A stretch of DNA of 64,000 nt from a bacterium (GTDB lineage: Bacteria; Patescibacteriota; Minisyncoccia; Phycocordibacterales; JBBTRF01): contig JBAXTI010000001.1 of assembly GCA_037130265.1 (NCBI GenBank), positions 32,418 through 96,417 of the forward strand, read 5' to 3'. Of the stretch, positions 27,014 through 35,825 are shown one piece after another. The first letter of the stretch is position 1. Every line of letters begins with the position of its first letter. The position numbers and the translations under genes are program-made. The notes under the pieces were generated by a model. It ran no database searches. It was not told where the DNA came from and was given only the letters and a program-made list of their open reading frames with translations.

Positions 27014-27390
27014 CAAAGTAGAAGGTCTCGATGAGATGTGTTATGTGTCCAAAAGATGCTGTTCTGTCCTATATTCATAGCACCACGAAGAATCCTCGAA
27101 GTGTTGAGTTCGGTAATGTTTCCCAAGAAATAAGCAGGCGGATCTAGGGGTATTCAATCCCCATGATTGACAGAACTGGGGATAACTATGTGTACACTGT
27201 GTATAAAGGACAGCATTTTTATGGCTCAAAATCGTCCCTTACGCACTGTCTCACGGGTCCTTTTTCATTTAAATGGCTCTAATTAGCCCCATTCTAGATT
27301 TGATCCCGAATATCTGTAAAAGACGTAAAAGCAGCGCTATTTTAGAAAAAGGTTTCACGTGAAACAACCTATCTATGTGTAACAAAACCA

Positions 27391-27762
27391 ATGAATACAA
27401 CGGAAATCGGTAAAAAGGGCGAGGAAATCGCCAAAATGTTTCTTGTGAAACGAGGTTTTTGCCGTTTCGAGGCTAATTTTCGTGAAAAGTGCGGGGAAAT
27501 AGACATTGTTGCACATGAAACATCTACCTGTACTCTCTGGTTCTTTGAGGTGAAGACCGCCTCTGTGAGATCTTTTTACGATGAATTTCGCCCAGAAGAG
27601 AAAGTTGATCGCCGAAAACTGGCAAAGATATATAAGACAATTGAGCTGTACTTGATACGGAAAAGGGTTTCACAAGAAACACCTTGGCAGGTCGGTGTCA
27701 TTTCCGTGCTTATGAATGCGGAAAAGGGGATTGCGAGGGTGTCGTTCATCCCCGTGCATTGA
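27391..27762 (+). CDS. YraN family (UPF0102) endonuclease-like protein
   Basis: GEEIA..FL...G..I...N.R...GEIDIVA...FFEVKTA, the YraN pattern. 123 aa. Confidence 0.75.
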   Translation: MNTTEIGKKGEEIAKMFLVKRGFCRFEANFREKCGEIDIVAHETSTCTLWFFEVKTASVRSFYDEFRPEEKVDRRKLAKIYKTIELYLIRKRVSQETPWQVGVISVLMNAEKGIARVSFIPVH

Positions 27763-27822
27763 AGTTGTAATACTCCTGTGCTAGTATGGTGAAACTCGGT
27801 CGCAGAAAAGTGTTGAAAATAT

Positions 27823-27895
27823 CGGGGCGTGGTGTAACGGCTAACATTCCTGTTTTGGGAACAGGCGACTCAGGGTTCGAATCCCTGCGCCCCGA
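27823..27895 (+). tRNA. tRNA-Pro (anticodon TGG)
   Basis: Acceptor CGGGGCG/CGCCCCG, anticodon arm CCTGT-TTTGGGA-ACAGG, T-arm CAGGG-TTCGAAT-CCCTG. The index was cross-checked against an overlapping spurious ORF. Confidence 0.85.
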
Positions 27896-27909
27896 CAATA
27901 GACTCAGTT

Positions 27910-28785
27910 TTGATGGTGGACACAAGAAAAAAGCTGTCTCCGAAGGAAGTATCTCTGTTTCAGAGGGATGTGTGGGCCTACTATGCCAAAAATAGGCGTT
28001 ATTTCTCGTGGCGAGAGGCAAAACACTACGATGATCCATACAAGATCGTTGTGTCGGAGGTGATGCTACAGCAAACGCAAGCGAGCCGTGTGGTGGGGAA
28101 GTACGAAGAATTTCTGCGAGCGTTTCCGGACTTTACATCGCTTAACCGTGCAACTGTCGCCCAAGTACTCGCTACGTGGCGCGGTCTTGGCTACAACCGC
28201 CGAGCCATTGCGCTGAAAAAGATCGCTGAAATAGTAGTGGAGAAATATGGACGAACGCTCCCGCAGGTCTCTATCCAGGAGCTCGACGCACTGCCTCATA
28301 TTGGGCCTGCCACTGCCTGCTCGATATCAGCCTTTGCCTGGAATACACCAGTGTCTTTTATCGAGACAAATATACGCCGCGTCATCATCCATCGATTCTT
28401 TAAAGACAAAGAAAAAGTGTCCGATAGGGAGATATTGGCCCTGGTTGAGGAAACCCTACCGACTGAGCGCTCTCGAGATTGGTACTACGCCCTTATGGAT
28501 TATGGGTCAATGCTGAAAACGACAATCGAGAATCCAAATCGAAAGAGCGTTCATTATAAAAGACAATCCGCGTTTGTGGGATCGAATCGGCAGGTGAGAG
28601 GGGCGATTCTCGCTGTGCTTGGCGGACCATCCGCAGCGCCATGCACCCAAACTGTCCTTTTGCGAAACGTGCAGAAATACATCGGTATTAAAACAATTTC
28701 TCAAAAGGACATCAATCAAAATATAAAAGTTCTTGCCAAAGAGGGGTTTCTTGCGATCTCTGGGAAACACGTCTCAATCATGTAA
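27910..28785 (+). CDS. HhH-GPD base-excision DNA glycosylase, MutY-like, apparently lacking the Fe-S cluster motif
   Basis: The N-terminus (W..Y....RR.FSWR......PYKIVVSEVMLQQTQ) and an HhH region (LPHIGPATACSI) match MutY/EndoIII. No C-x6-C-x2-C-x5-C cluster is present. Confidence 0.7.
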   Translation: MMVDTRKKLSPKEVSLFQRDVWAYYAKNRRYFSWREAKHYDDPYKIVVSEVMLQQTQASRVVGKYEEFLRAFPDFTSLNRATVAQVLATWRGLGYNRRAIALKKIAEIVVEKYGRTLPQVSIQELDALPHIGPATACSISAFAWNTPVSFIETNIRRVIIHRFFKDKEKVSDREILALVEETLPTERSRDWYYALMDYGSMLKTTIENPNRKSVHYKRQSAFVGSNRQVRGAILAVLGGPSAAPCTQTVLLRNVQKYIGIKTISQKDINQNIKVLAKEGFLAISGKHVSIM

Positions 28786-28843
28786 CCCTTGTGTGTGGTG
28801 GTAAAAAGTTGAGAAAACACGCTGATTAGGATATGCTCGCTGT

Positions 28844-29161
28844 ATGGCAAAAATCTTTATCCGAAAAATTGAGGACTTCACCTGCGAACACTGCGCCGCT
28901 GCAGTGAAGGGGAATGGCTATACCAATCATTGTCCAGCATGTTTGTGGGCCAAGCATGTCGATATTCAACCGGGGGATCGTGCGAATCCATGTCTTGGTA
29001 TGATGAAGCCCGCGCGCATCGAAACGCAAAAAAGCGAATACGTCCTCTATCACGTCTGTACTCGTTGCGGTAGCGAACGTCGAAATCGAACTTCTCCCAA
29101 CGATTCATTCGACGAAATCCTCCGCATTCAAAAGCAATTTGTAGACTCACAGAAAAAGTAG
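28844..29161 (+). CDS. RNHCP domain protein (Cys-rich zinc-ribbon-like)
   Basis: The YTNHCPACLW motif plus CEHC and CTRCG pairs fit the RNHCP domain. Confidence 0.6.
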   Translation: MAKIFIRKIEDFTCEHCAAAVKGNGYTNHCPACLWAKHVDIQPGDRANPCLGMMKPARIETQKSEYVLYHVCTRCGSERRNRTSPNDSFDEILRIQKQFVDSQKK

Positions 29162-29167
29162 TCGCCG

Positions 29168-30511
29168 CTAGTATCTCGCCGGTGTGTTGGTATTGATCGA
29201 CTGCATAAGAATGTCCACAAGTGCTGGAGCGATGAGCGAATTAAACTGCGTGGCCTTTTCCGCTAGGTCTGTGTTCAAGAAAGAGGGGACATCGGAACCG
29301 CTTTGTCTCAGGAGGCTGTCGTTGATATGTGAGAGAGCGATGCCGCCGAGCTCTCGGGTGTCTGTCTGTGCTCCAGAAGACACGGTGCCAATGATGCCCA
29401 CCAAGGCACCCTTGTTATCCACCACCGCACCGCCGGAAGAACCGCGCTGCGCGACTGCATTTCCGCTGATATTCAAATAGTCGAGCGTAACGCCGTTGTA
29501 GCTCAACATTTCTTTTACTGTAGCAATCGCCGAAATGCCGTACAGGTTTCTTTGGATTTCCTCGCCGCCGAGAAACCCTGCACCATAGCCGGCGACAAGG
29601 ACTGACTCATTGGCGCGGTCACTTTCAACGGTGTTGATGTGGAGGTAGGGGAAGGTTGCGGGAAGTTTTTGTTCTGCGTTAAGGCCGCGGTCGATGATGA
29701 GAAAGGCAAAGTCATCTTCGCCAGTGCCTTTTGCTTCCTGTCGCTTAATATTATCGGAATTGTATTTCACCCAGCGCGGTGAAATGTACAAAAGGGTGGC
29801 TTTGTATTTTGGTACGGCCGGATTACCGGTGCGGATATTGCAGGAGACGTAGTCTTTCACCCCGTAATCTTTTAGTAAAAAGTATTGAGCGATATGTGCG
29901 TTGGTGAGGATCACGCCGCGAGGGTCGATGATCACACCAGAGCCGGTGATCGGGCTGATTGGACCACTGCTTTGCGTGTAGCAGAGAACGTTCACGAGTG
30001 CGTCGCGGGTCAGAGTGTTGATGTCATCAAAGGTGAGAGGTCCGGTCTTTAGCGAGGTAGTGGCAAGTGCAGTAATGGCCGGATCCGTGAGTGCGGTGTT
30101 CTTTGGCAGGGGAGCTGTAGGGATCGAAGGAGGATTTGCAGATTTGGTCGGCACTACAGTTTTTACCGGTATCGCAATTGTAGCTGGTGCTGCGGGCGTC
30201 GCAGGTACGGAAGGTGTGGCAGGTGTAGCGACCACGATTGGCGCGACCTCGATGACCGCTTCCGATGTTGTCGAAGTGGTCATTGTGGATGTTGCTGTTG
30301 TTGTAGCCGCGGTTGTACTCGCAGTTCGTGCCATTTCTTTTACCGCTATCGCCGGTGTCTTTATTGTCGGCGCACTAGATGTACTTGAAGCGTGGGGAAG
30401 TGTATTCGGCAGACCAGTTGTCGCGATCGGTAGTGCAGAGTGCACGAAAGCGGCCACGGCCAAAACAAGAGATACGAGCGCTCGGCCAGCTTGATCGATA
30501 AAGCCTTCCAT
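29168..30511 (-). CDS. trypsin-like serine protease (S1C/HtrA-like, no PDZ) with low-complexity T/A/P-rich N-terminal region
   Basis: GSGVIIDPRGVILTNAHI (His region), an Asp region and GSSGGAVVDNKGALVGI (the Ser motif). Confidence 0.75.
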   Translation of the reverse strand: MEGFIDQAGRALVSLVLAVAAFVHSALPIATTGLPNTLPHASSTSSAPTIKTPAIAVKEMARTASTTAATTTATSTMTTSTTSEAVIEVAPIVVATPATPSVPATPAAPATIAIPVKTVVPTKSANPPSIPTAPLPKNTALTDPAITALATTSLKTGPLTFDDINTLTRDALVNVLCYTQSSGPISPITGSGVIIDPRGVILTNAHIAQYFLLKDYGVKDYVSCNIRTGNPAVPKYKATLLYISPRWVKYNSDNIKRQEAKGTGEDDFAFLIIDRGLNAEQKLPATFPYLHINTVESDRANESVLVAGYGAGFLGGEEIQRNLYGISAIATVKEMLSYNGVTLDYLNISGNAVAQRGSSGGAVVDNKGALVGIIGTVSSGAQTDTRELGGIALSHINDSLLRQSGSDVPSFLNTDLAEKATQFNSLIAPALVDILMQSINTNTPARY

Positions 30512-30615
30512 TCATCCATTATATCCTACCTCCTTTTCATGCGCCTCTTTTTTTGCTAGTATCAGGGTCAGTTCTTCGAAATCAGTCTTAAATAGTATTC
30601 GAACAGGCATATGGT

Positions 30616-31314
30616 ATGTGCTATGCTGTATATCTAATGAGTCACAAAGAGGCACACGACTTAGCTGTTGAGCTCAGAAGAAAGGGCTATTCGTATAGCT
30701 ATATTTCTGAGAAGACCAAAAAGAGTAAAGGCACACTGAATTATTGGCTGTCCGATGTTCCGTATGTGCCAAACCACGAGACAGTCGAGAAGATTGGTAG
30801 GGCTCGTGTGGCTTCCACACTCACAAAAAGCCGAATTAGAAAGGCTTCACTTGAGGATGCGAAAAGCTATGCTGAGACGGCTGTGGGTACGATGTATCGT
30901 CGAGATGTCTTCATGCTTGGTCTCGGGCTATACCTCGGTGAGGGTACAAAGACTCACAACATTGTGAGAATGATCAATTCGAACCCAGACATTATCCGGT
31001 TCTCGATCAAGTGGTTTCGGGAGGTGTTCGGGATCACCCGAGATCATTTTAGAATCCGTCTTCACCTGTACCCTGACTCGGATGTCGATGCGTCAATACA
31101 ATTTTGGTCATCTCAAGTTGGTCTCTCGAAAAAGCACTTCTATCCGGTACATGTCGATCGGCGAAAAGACAAAAAGGCGTCAAAGAGAGGAAAGACTCCG
31201 TATGGGACCGCCCACCTCAGTGTGATTTCTCATGGGAAAAGAACCTTGGGTGTGACGCTTTTCAGAAGGATAAATGCGATGATCGAAACTGTTTTGATGA
31301 AAGAGAAAAAGTAG
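30616..31314 (+). CDS. hypothetical HTH-containing protein, possible LAGLIDADG-like endonuclease
   Basis: N-terminal resolvase-like HTH (YSYISEKTKKSKGTLNYWL). MLGLGLYLGEGTKT loosely resembles a LAGLIDADG block. Ends 5 nt before tRNA-Gly(TCC). Confidence 0.4.
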   Translation: MCYAVYLMSHKEAHDLAVELRRKGYSYSYISEKTKKSKGTLNYWLSDVPYVPNHETVEKIGRARVASTLTKSRIRKASLEDAKSYAETAVGTMYRRDVFMLGLGLYLGEGTKTHNIVRMINSNPDIIRFSIKWFREVFGITRDHFRIRLHLYPDSDVDASIQFWSSQVGLSKKHFYPVHVDRRKDKKASKRGKTPYGTAHLSVISHGKRTLGVTLFRRINAMIETVLMKEKK

Positions 31315-31319
31315 TAAAT

Positions 31320-31390
31320 GCGGGCATGGTATAGTGGTAGAACAACACACTTCCAATGTGTAGACGAGAGTTCGATTCTCTCTGCCCGCA
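31320..31390 (+). tRNA. tRNA-Gly (anticodon TCC)
   Basis: Acceptor GCGGGCA/TGCCCGC, anticodon arm ACACA-CTTCCAA-TGTGT, T-arm GAGAG-TTCGATT-CTCTC. Confidence 0.8.
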
Positions 31391-31415
31391 CAAACAACAA
31401 AGTATTCATACAAAG

Positions 31416-31441
31416 CAAAAACCGCCCTTGGGCGGTTTTTG
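31416..31441. terminator. rho-independent terminator (bidirectional)
   Basis: AAAAACCGCCCTTGGGCGGTTTTTG. Confidence 0.55.
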
Positions 31442-31534
31442 CTTCTCGAGAAGAGATGTCGGTGCTTGTGGAGGGCTCCGACGAATTTGGCTGAGGCGGA
31501 ATTATCAGCTGGGCTGATAAGAGCTTGTTGCTCT

Positions 31535-31807
31535 TTATTTTACCGCATCCTTCAGCGCCTTTGCTGCTCGGAACTTTGGAACGTTCATCGCTGGAACCTT
31601 GATAGTCTCACCGGTTCGAGGATTTCTTGCGTCTCGCGCTGCTCGCGCCTTCACTGAGAATATACCGATTCCTGCGATAGATACTTCGTTGCCACCCTTC
31701 ATGGTGTTGACGATAGATTCCACCACTACGTCCATAGCTTGCTCAGCCTGAACCTTGGTGCCTCCGATCTTCGCGTGGATTGCGTCGACGATAGATGCTT
31801 TATTCAT
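31535..31807 (-). CDS. hup: HU family DNA-binding protein
   Basis: MNKASIVDAIHAK...GFGKF...RNPRTGE, the HU signature. 90 aa. Confidence 0.85.
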   Translation of the reverse strand: MNKASIVDAIHAKIGGTKVQAEQAMDVVVESIVNTMKGGNEVSIAGIGIFSVKARAARDARNPRTGETIKVPAMNVPKFRAAKALKDAVK

Positions 31808-31968
31808 ATGAATGAAAATTACGAAATAAAATACATTCTCCGAACTTTTGCTGTCGCTGCTTTTTTATTCTCGACTTATTTTCCAACTCACTTTCACAAG
31901 GAATTGGTTTAACCCAGGATAATTATATAGTAGGCCATTTTTTACGCAACTAGCATCTGTTTACAACT

Positions 31969-32004
31969 AAAAAGCGCCGTGATGTCAAATTCAGCGCTTT
32001 TTAC
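31969..32004. terminator. terminator candidate downstream of rny
   Basis: AAAAAGCGCC...GCGCTTTTT. Confidence 0.4.
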
Positions 32005-32041
32005 CCACTTTTTCTGTCGGTTTTGCCGATCGTTTTTGTGC

Positions 32042-33571
32042 CTACCGCGCCACTTCGATCACTCGGGTCTCACGAATAACGGTAATTTTAATCTCGCCAG
32101 GGTACCGAAGCTCCTTTTCGATACGCAAAGCGATCTCGCGTGCAATTCGCTTGGCCTCGAGGTCATTGATATCGGCTGGAGTCACAAAAACCCTTATTTC
32201 TCGGCCTGCTTGGAGAGCGTAGGCTTTCTCGACACCCTTAAATGACGTCGCAATGGCCTCCAAATCACCCAAGCGTTTCAAATAGTTCTCAATGCTGTCG
32301 CGTCGAGCACCTGGTCGGCCACCGGAAATAGCGTCTGCTGTCTGCACAATACGCGATTCCACGGTTTCGTACGGATATTCCTCATGATGCGCCTCCATCG
32401 CCTTCACGATCTGATCACTTACCCCGAATTTCTGCAAAATACGTCGGCCAATCTCCACATGGGTGCCTTCCACCTCGTGGTCGAGGGCCTTGCCAATGTC
32501 GTGGAGGAGCGCTCCGGCCTTCGCTACAGCCACATTGGCGCCGATCTCCTCTGCGATCATGCCTGCAATGTGCGCCATTTCCACTGAGTGAGCCAACACA
32601 TTCTGGCCGTAGCTGGTGCGGAAGTGCAAACGGCCCAATATCTGCAACACGCGAGGGTCGATATTGATCACACCCACCTCCTGAGCAGCCTCGACGCCCT
32701 TATCCTTGATAATCTTGTTCAATTCGCTCTGCACCTGTTCGACCTCCTTTTCGATCTTGGCTGGCTGAATACGGCCGTCTGCCACGAGGCGCTCGAGGGC
32801 GATCTTGGCCACTTGGCGGCGTACTGGGTCGAAAGAGGATACTACAATGATGCCTGGTGCATCATCCACGATGAGCTCTACACCAGTGATGCGCTCAAAA
32901 GCCTTGATATTTCGACCTTCTTTACCAATAATCTTGCCCTTCACCTCGTCCGACGGAATAGTGACGCTGGTGGACATCATGTCGGCAGGTACTGCTCCTG
33001 CGAGACGCTGAATACAAGCACCGAGGATCTCCTTTGCCTTATCCTCAAGCTTTTCCTCACCAAACTGCTCGAGTTTGCGCATGCGGCTCATGATATCGTC
33101 CTCATTGGCCTTCTCTACGCTTGAAATGATCTGGTTTCGCGCATCCTCGCTGGTCAATTTCGCAATTTTTTCCAATTCCGAGAGCTTTTGTTTCTCCATG
33201 ACCTCAACCTTGTCCTTCATAATGCGAACTTCGTTGATTTTCTGCTTGATACTCTCGACTTCCTTGTCGAGATCGCTCTGGCGGCGGTCGAGCAAGTCCT
33301 CCTTCTTATTGAGGCGCTCTTCCGTCTTCTTGAGAGACTCCTCCTTGTCCTTCGAAGACGCGCGAATATCACGGAGAATGTCAGCGGCCTTAGTCTCGGC
33401 GTCACTGAGCACTTTCTGCGACTTCTCCTCGGCTTCGAGGTGGAGTTGCTTAAGCTGGAGCTCAACAGAGCCCTTTTTCCCAAGCGAAATGAGCACTCGG
33501 AGATAATATCCAAGTGCAATACTGATCAAGCTGGCCATACTAGCGGCCAGGGCAGCGAGTTTTAATGACAT
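32042..33571 (-). CDS. rny: ribonuclease Y
   Basis: N-terminal TM helix, coiled-coil, KH domain (GKIIGKEGRNIKAFE) and HD domain (LHDIGKA). Confidence 0.9.
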   Translation of the reverse strand: MSLKLAALAASMASLISIALGYYLRVLISLGKKGSVELQLKQLHLEAEEKSQKVLSDAETKAADILRDIRASSKDKEESLKKTEERLNKKEDLLDRRQSDLDKEVESIKQKINEVRIMKDKVEVMEKQKLSELEKIAKLTSEDARNQIISSVEKANEDDIMSRMRKLEQFGEEKLEDKAKEILGACIQRLAGAVPADMMSTSVTIPSDEVKGKIIGKEGRNIKAFERITGVELIVDDAPGIIVVSSFDPVRRQVAKIALERLVADGRIQPAKIEKEVEQVQSELNKIIKDKGVEAAQEVGVINIDPRVLQILGRLHFRTSYGQNVLAHSVEMAHIAGMIAEEIGANVAVAKAGALLHDIGKALDHEVEGTHVEIGRRILQKFGVSDQIVKAMEAHHEEYPYETVESRIVQTADAISGGRPGARRDSIENYLKRLGDLEAIATSFKGVEKAYALQAGREIRVFVTPADINDLEAKRIAREIALRIEKELRYPGEIKITVIRETRVIEVAR

Positions 33572-33772
33572 ATTTTAGCGGCTTTTCCGAACAGAGTCTG
33601 CGATGGAAAGGGAATGACTTTATTGAATGGGGCCGTATTGGAAATTCAGAAGTGCGAAGTGTTTCAGGGGTTCAGGAAGTCGGTCGTGTCTATCGTGTCG
33701 GCTGTCCGAAGGAAGCGATTAACAATTAAAAGGGAACGAGGTCATAGTATAACGGATCGAGAGGTTTGTAAA

Positions 33773-33805
33773 GAAAAACAGCGACCGTTGCTGGCCGCTG
33801 TTTTT
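33773..33805 (-). terminator. rho-independent terminator downstream of clpP
   Basis: AAAAACAGCGACC-GTTGCT-GGCCGCTGTTTTT. Confidence 0.5.
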
Positions 33806-33812
33806 CTTGTCA

Positions 33813-34394
33813 CTACTCCTTCGCTGGCAACACTTTGTCGACGATTCCGTACTTTTTTGCTTCCTCAGCAGACATGAAGAAGTCTCGGTCAACGTCTTTT
33901 TCGATCTGAGCGAGCGATTGTCCGGTATTCTTGGCGAGCATTTTGTTGAGATTTTCGCGAGTCTTCAAAATGTGCTTTGCAGAAATCTCAATATCAGAGG
34001 CCATGCCCTCGGTGCCGCCCGATGGCTGATGGATCATCACTTCGGCGTTTGGCAGAATCATACGCTTGCCTTTTTTGCCGCAAGAGAGGATCATCGCGCC
34101 CATGGACGCAGCGATACCGACGCCCACGGTCGAAATGTCCGGCTTGATATGTCGCATGGTGTCGATAATGGCGAGACCAGCGGTGACAGAGCCGCCCGGA
34201 GAGTTTACATAGAGGAAAATATCCTTCTTCGCATCCTCAGATTCGAGGAAGAGGAGCTGGGCGATGATGATGTTGGCCATGTGGTCGTCTACTGGGCCGC
34301 CGAGGAAGATAATGCGATCACGAAGCAGGCGTGAGTAGATATCATACGCTCGCTCGCCAAACTGCGACTTTTCGATAACGGTTGGGATTAACAT
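33813..34394 (-). CDS. clpP: ATP-dependent Clp protease proteolytic subunit
   Basis: MLIPTVIE...[18 protein letters not shown]...[12 protein letters not shown]. Ser/His/Asp triad context. Confidence 0.9.
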   Translation of the reverse strand: MLIPTVIEKSQFGERAYDIYSRLLRDRIIFLGGPVDDHMANIIIAQLLFLESEDAKKDIFLYVNSPGGSVTAGLAIIDTMRHIKPDISTVGVGIAASMGAMILSCGKKGKRMILPNAEVMIHQPSGGTEGMASDIEISAKHILKTRENLNKMLAKNTGQSLAQIEKDVDRDFFMSAEEAKKYGIVDKVLPAKE

Positions 34395-34502
34395 GCGCTT
34401 ACTATAATGAAATTGTGGCAATTTCGCAACTTTTGGTCACCGTTCGCCACCTTTCTTTTTCGTGCCATTTGCCATACACTAAACACGAAACATACAACAT
34501 CT

Positions 34503-35255
34503 ATGAAACTCCAGCGTTTTTTCGTTCATAAGTCACTAAACGAGCCAATCGGCGACCGTCGCGAGCTACACATCCACGACGAAGCTCTTGTTCACCAGCT
34601 CAAGCGTGTTTTTCGTTTGCATGCAGGTGATTCAGTGATTTTGCTCGACAATACCGGCTTCCAATACACGGCGGAGATTGTTTCTCTCGAGAAGACTGAG
34701 GGGGTGTTCCATGTGCTTGAGAGACACGAGGCTCCCTCCGCACGGGCTGGTTCAGGTTTGTCGCAGGTGATTCTGTTCCAATCACTCCCAAAGAAGGACA
34801 AATTCGAATATGTACTCGAAAAGGGGACCGAAATCGGCCTAAGTGGTTTTGTGCCAGTACTTTCGGACCGTTCGGAGAAGCTGGCGATCAATGAAGAGCG
34901 CTGTCAAAGGATCCTTGTTGAAGCTTCCGAGCAATCCGAGCGTGCTAGGGTGCCAACGCTCGCGCCAATTTGCCCAATTGATGAATTGTTTGCGAAGTAC
35001 GGCGCCGATACTGAATTCGTCGCTTTTCACCTCACTGGCAAACAGTGGTCAGTGGAGTTGCGTGGCGAGATTTTTGGCCAGGCGACAAAAGCAGGGAGGG
35101 GCCTCGGCATTCTCGTTGGCCCAGAAGGTGGCTGGACCGATCGCGAGCTCACTCTCTTTAAAGGCCGCGGTGTACAGATCGTGACTGTCGGCTCGCAGGT
35201 GCTCCGAACTGAAACGGCGGCCATTGTTGCGGCGGCGTTGGTGGTGATGGGGTAG
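34503..35255 (+). CDS. rsmE: 16S rRNA (uracil1498-N3)-methyltransferase RsmE
   Basis: MKLQRFFV...HLRDVLRL-like N-terminus (HIHDEALVHQLKRVFRL). C-terminal SPOUT motif GPEGGWTDREL. Confidence 0.8.
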   Translation: MKLQRFFVHKSLNEPIGDRRELHIHDEALVHQLKRVFRLHAGDSVILLDNTGFQYTAEIVSLEKTEGVFHVLERHEAPSARAGSGLSQVILFQSLPKKDKFEYVLEKGTEIGLSGFVPVLSDRSEKLAINEERCQRILVEASEQSERARVPTLAPICPIDELFAKYGADTEFVAFHLTGKQWSVELRGEIFGQATKAGRGLGILVGPEGGWTDRELTLFKGRGVQIVTVGSQVLRTETAAIVAAALVVMG

Positions 35256-35302
35256 ATATTTTGAGTTTGCTCCGTGATTGTCTTTGGTGCTAGTATGGAC
35301 AA

Positions 35303-35764
35303 ATGAAGAAGAAATTTTTTATAATGACGGTATTAGCTCTAACCTCGATTTTCATTGTTGTAGGTATTCTTCAAAAAATTACGAAAGAGGAGGAATCACT
35401 GGACCTTGGCTGTGCCAAGTTGGGGATGTTAGCAAGGAGTGATTTTGAATCAAAACACACAAGAGAAGAAGGATTTCTCAATAATGTTTCTTATCACTAC
35501 AATGCTCGTCTGAAGAAATGTCTTTTTGGTAGGGAAATTCACTCAGGTGGCGGTAAGGGCGAGTCGTTTAATGTATGGAAGGGTATAACAGATCTATCTT
35601 CGAATAAAGAGATCCTGTACTCCCTGAGGTTTTATTCGTCCGACACCCCACCAAAAATGATAGGAGAGTTTTCGGCCATTAATTATTTAGATAGCCAGAG
35701 CGGCGTTGTTATTAAGGGTGAGGCAGAATTCGAATCTCTCTATAATCGAGCTTTGGAAGAATAA
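35303..35764 (+). CDS. hypothetical membrane-anchored protein
   Basis: 153 aa with an N-terminal TM helix. Confidence 0.4.
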   Translation: MKKKFFIMTVLALTSIFIVVGILQKITKEEESLDLGCAKLGMLARSDFESKHTREEGFLNNVSYHYNARLKKCLFGREIHSGGGKGESFNVWKGITDLSSNKEILYSLRFYSSDTPPKMIGEFSAINYLDSQSGVVIKGEAEFESLYNRALEE

Positions 35765-35825
35765 CAAGACATGTTGAAATCATCTACGCTCGAGACTAAA
35801 AAGACTAGCTATTTTATTTGAGTCG

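Noticed and set aside
27786-27995. ORF 27786..27995 (+, 69 aa) and ORF 27746..28039 (-)
   Set aside because: They overlap a cloverleaf-perfect tRNA-Pro(TGG) at 27823-27895. No protein features.
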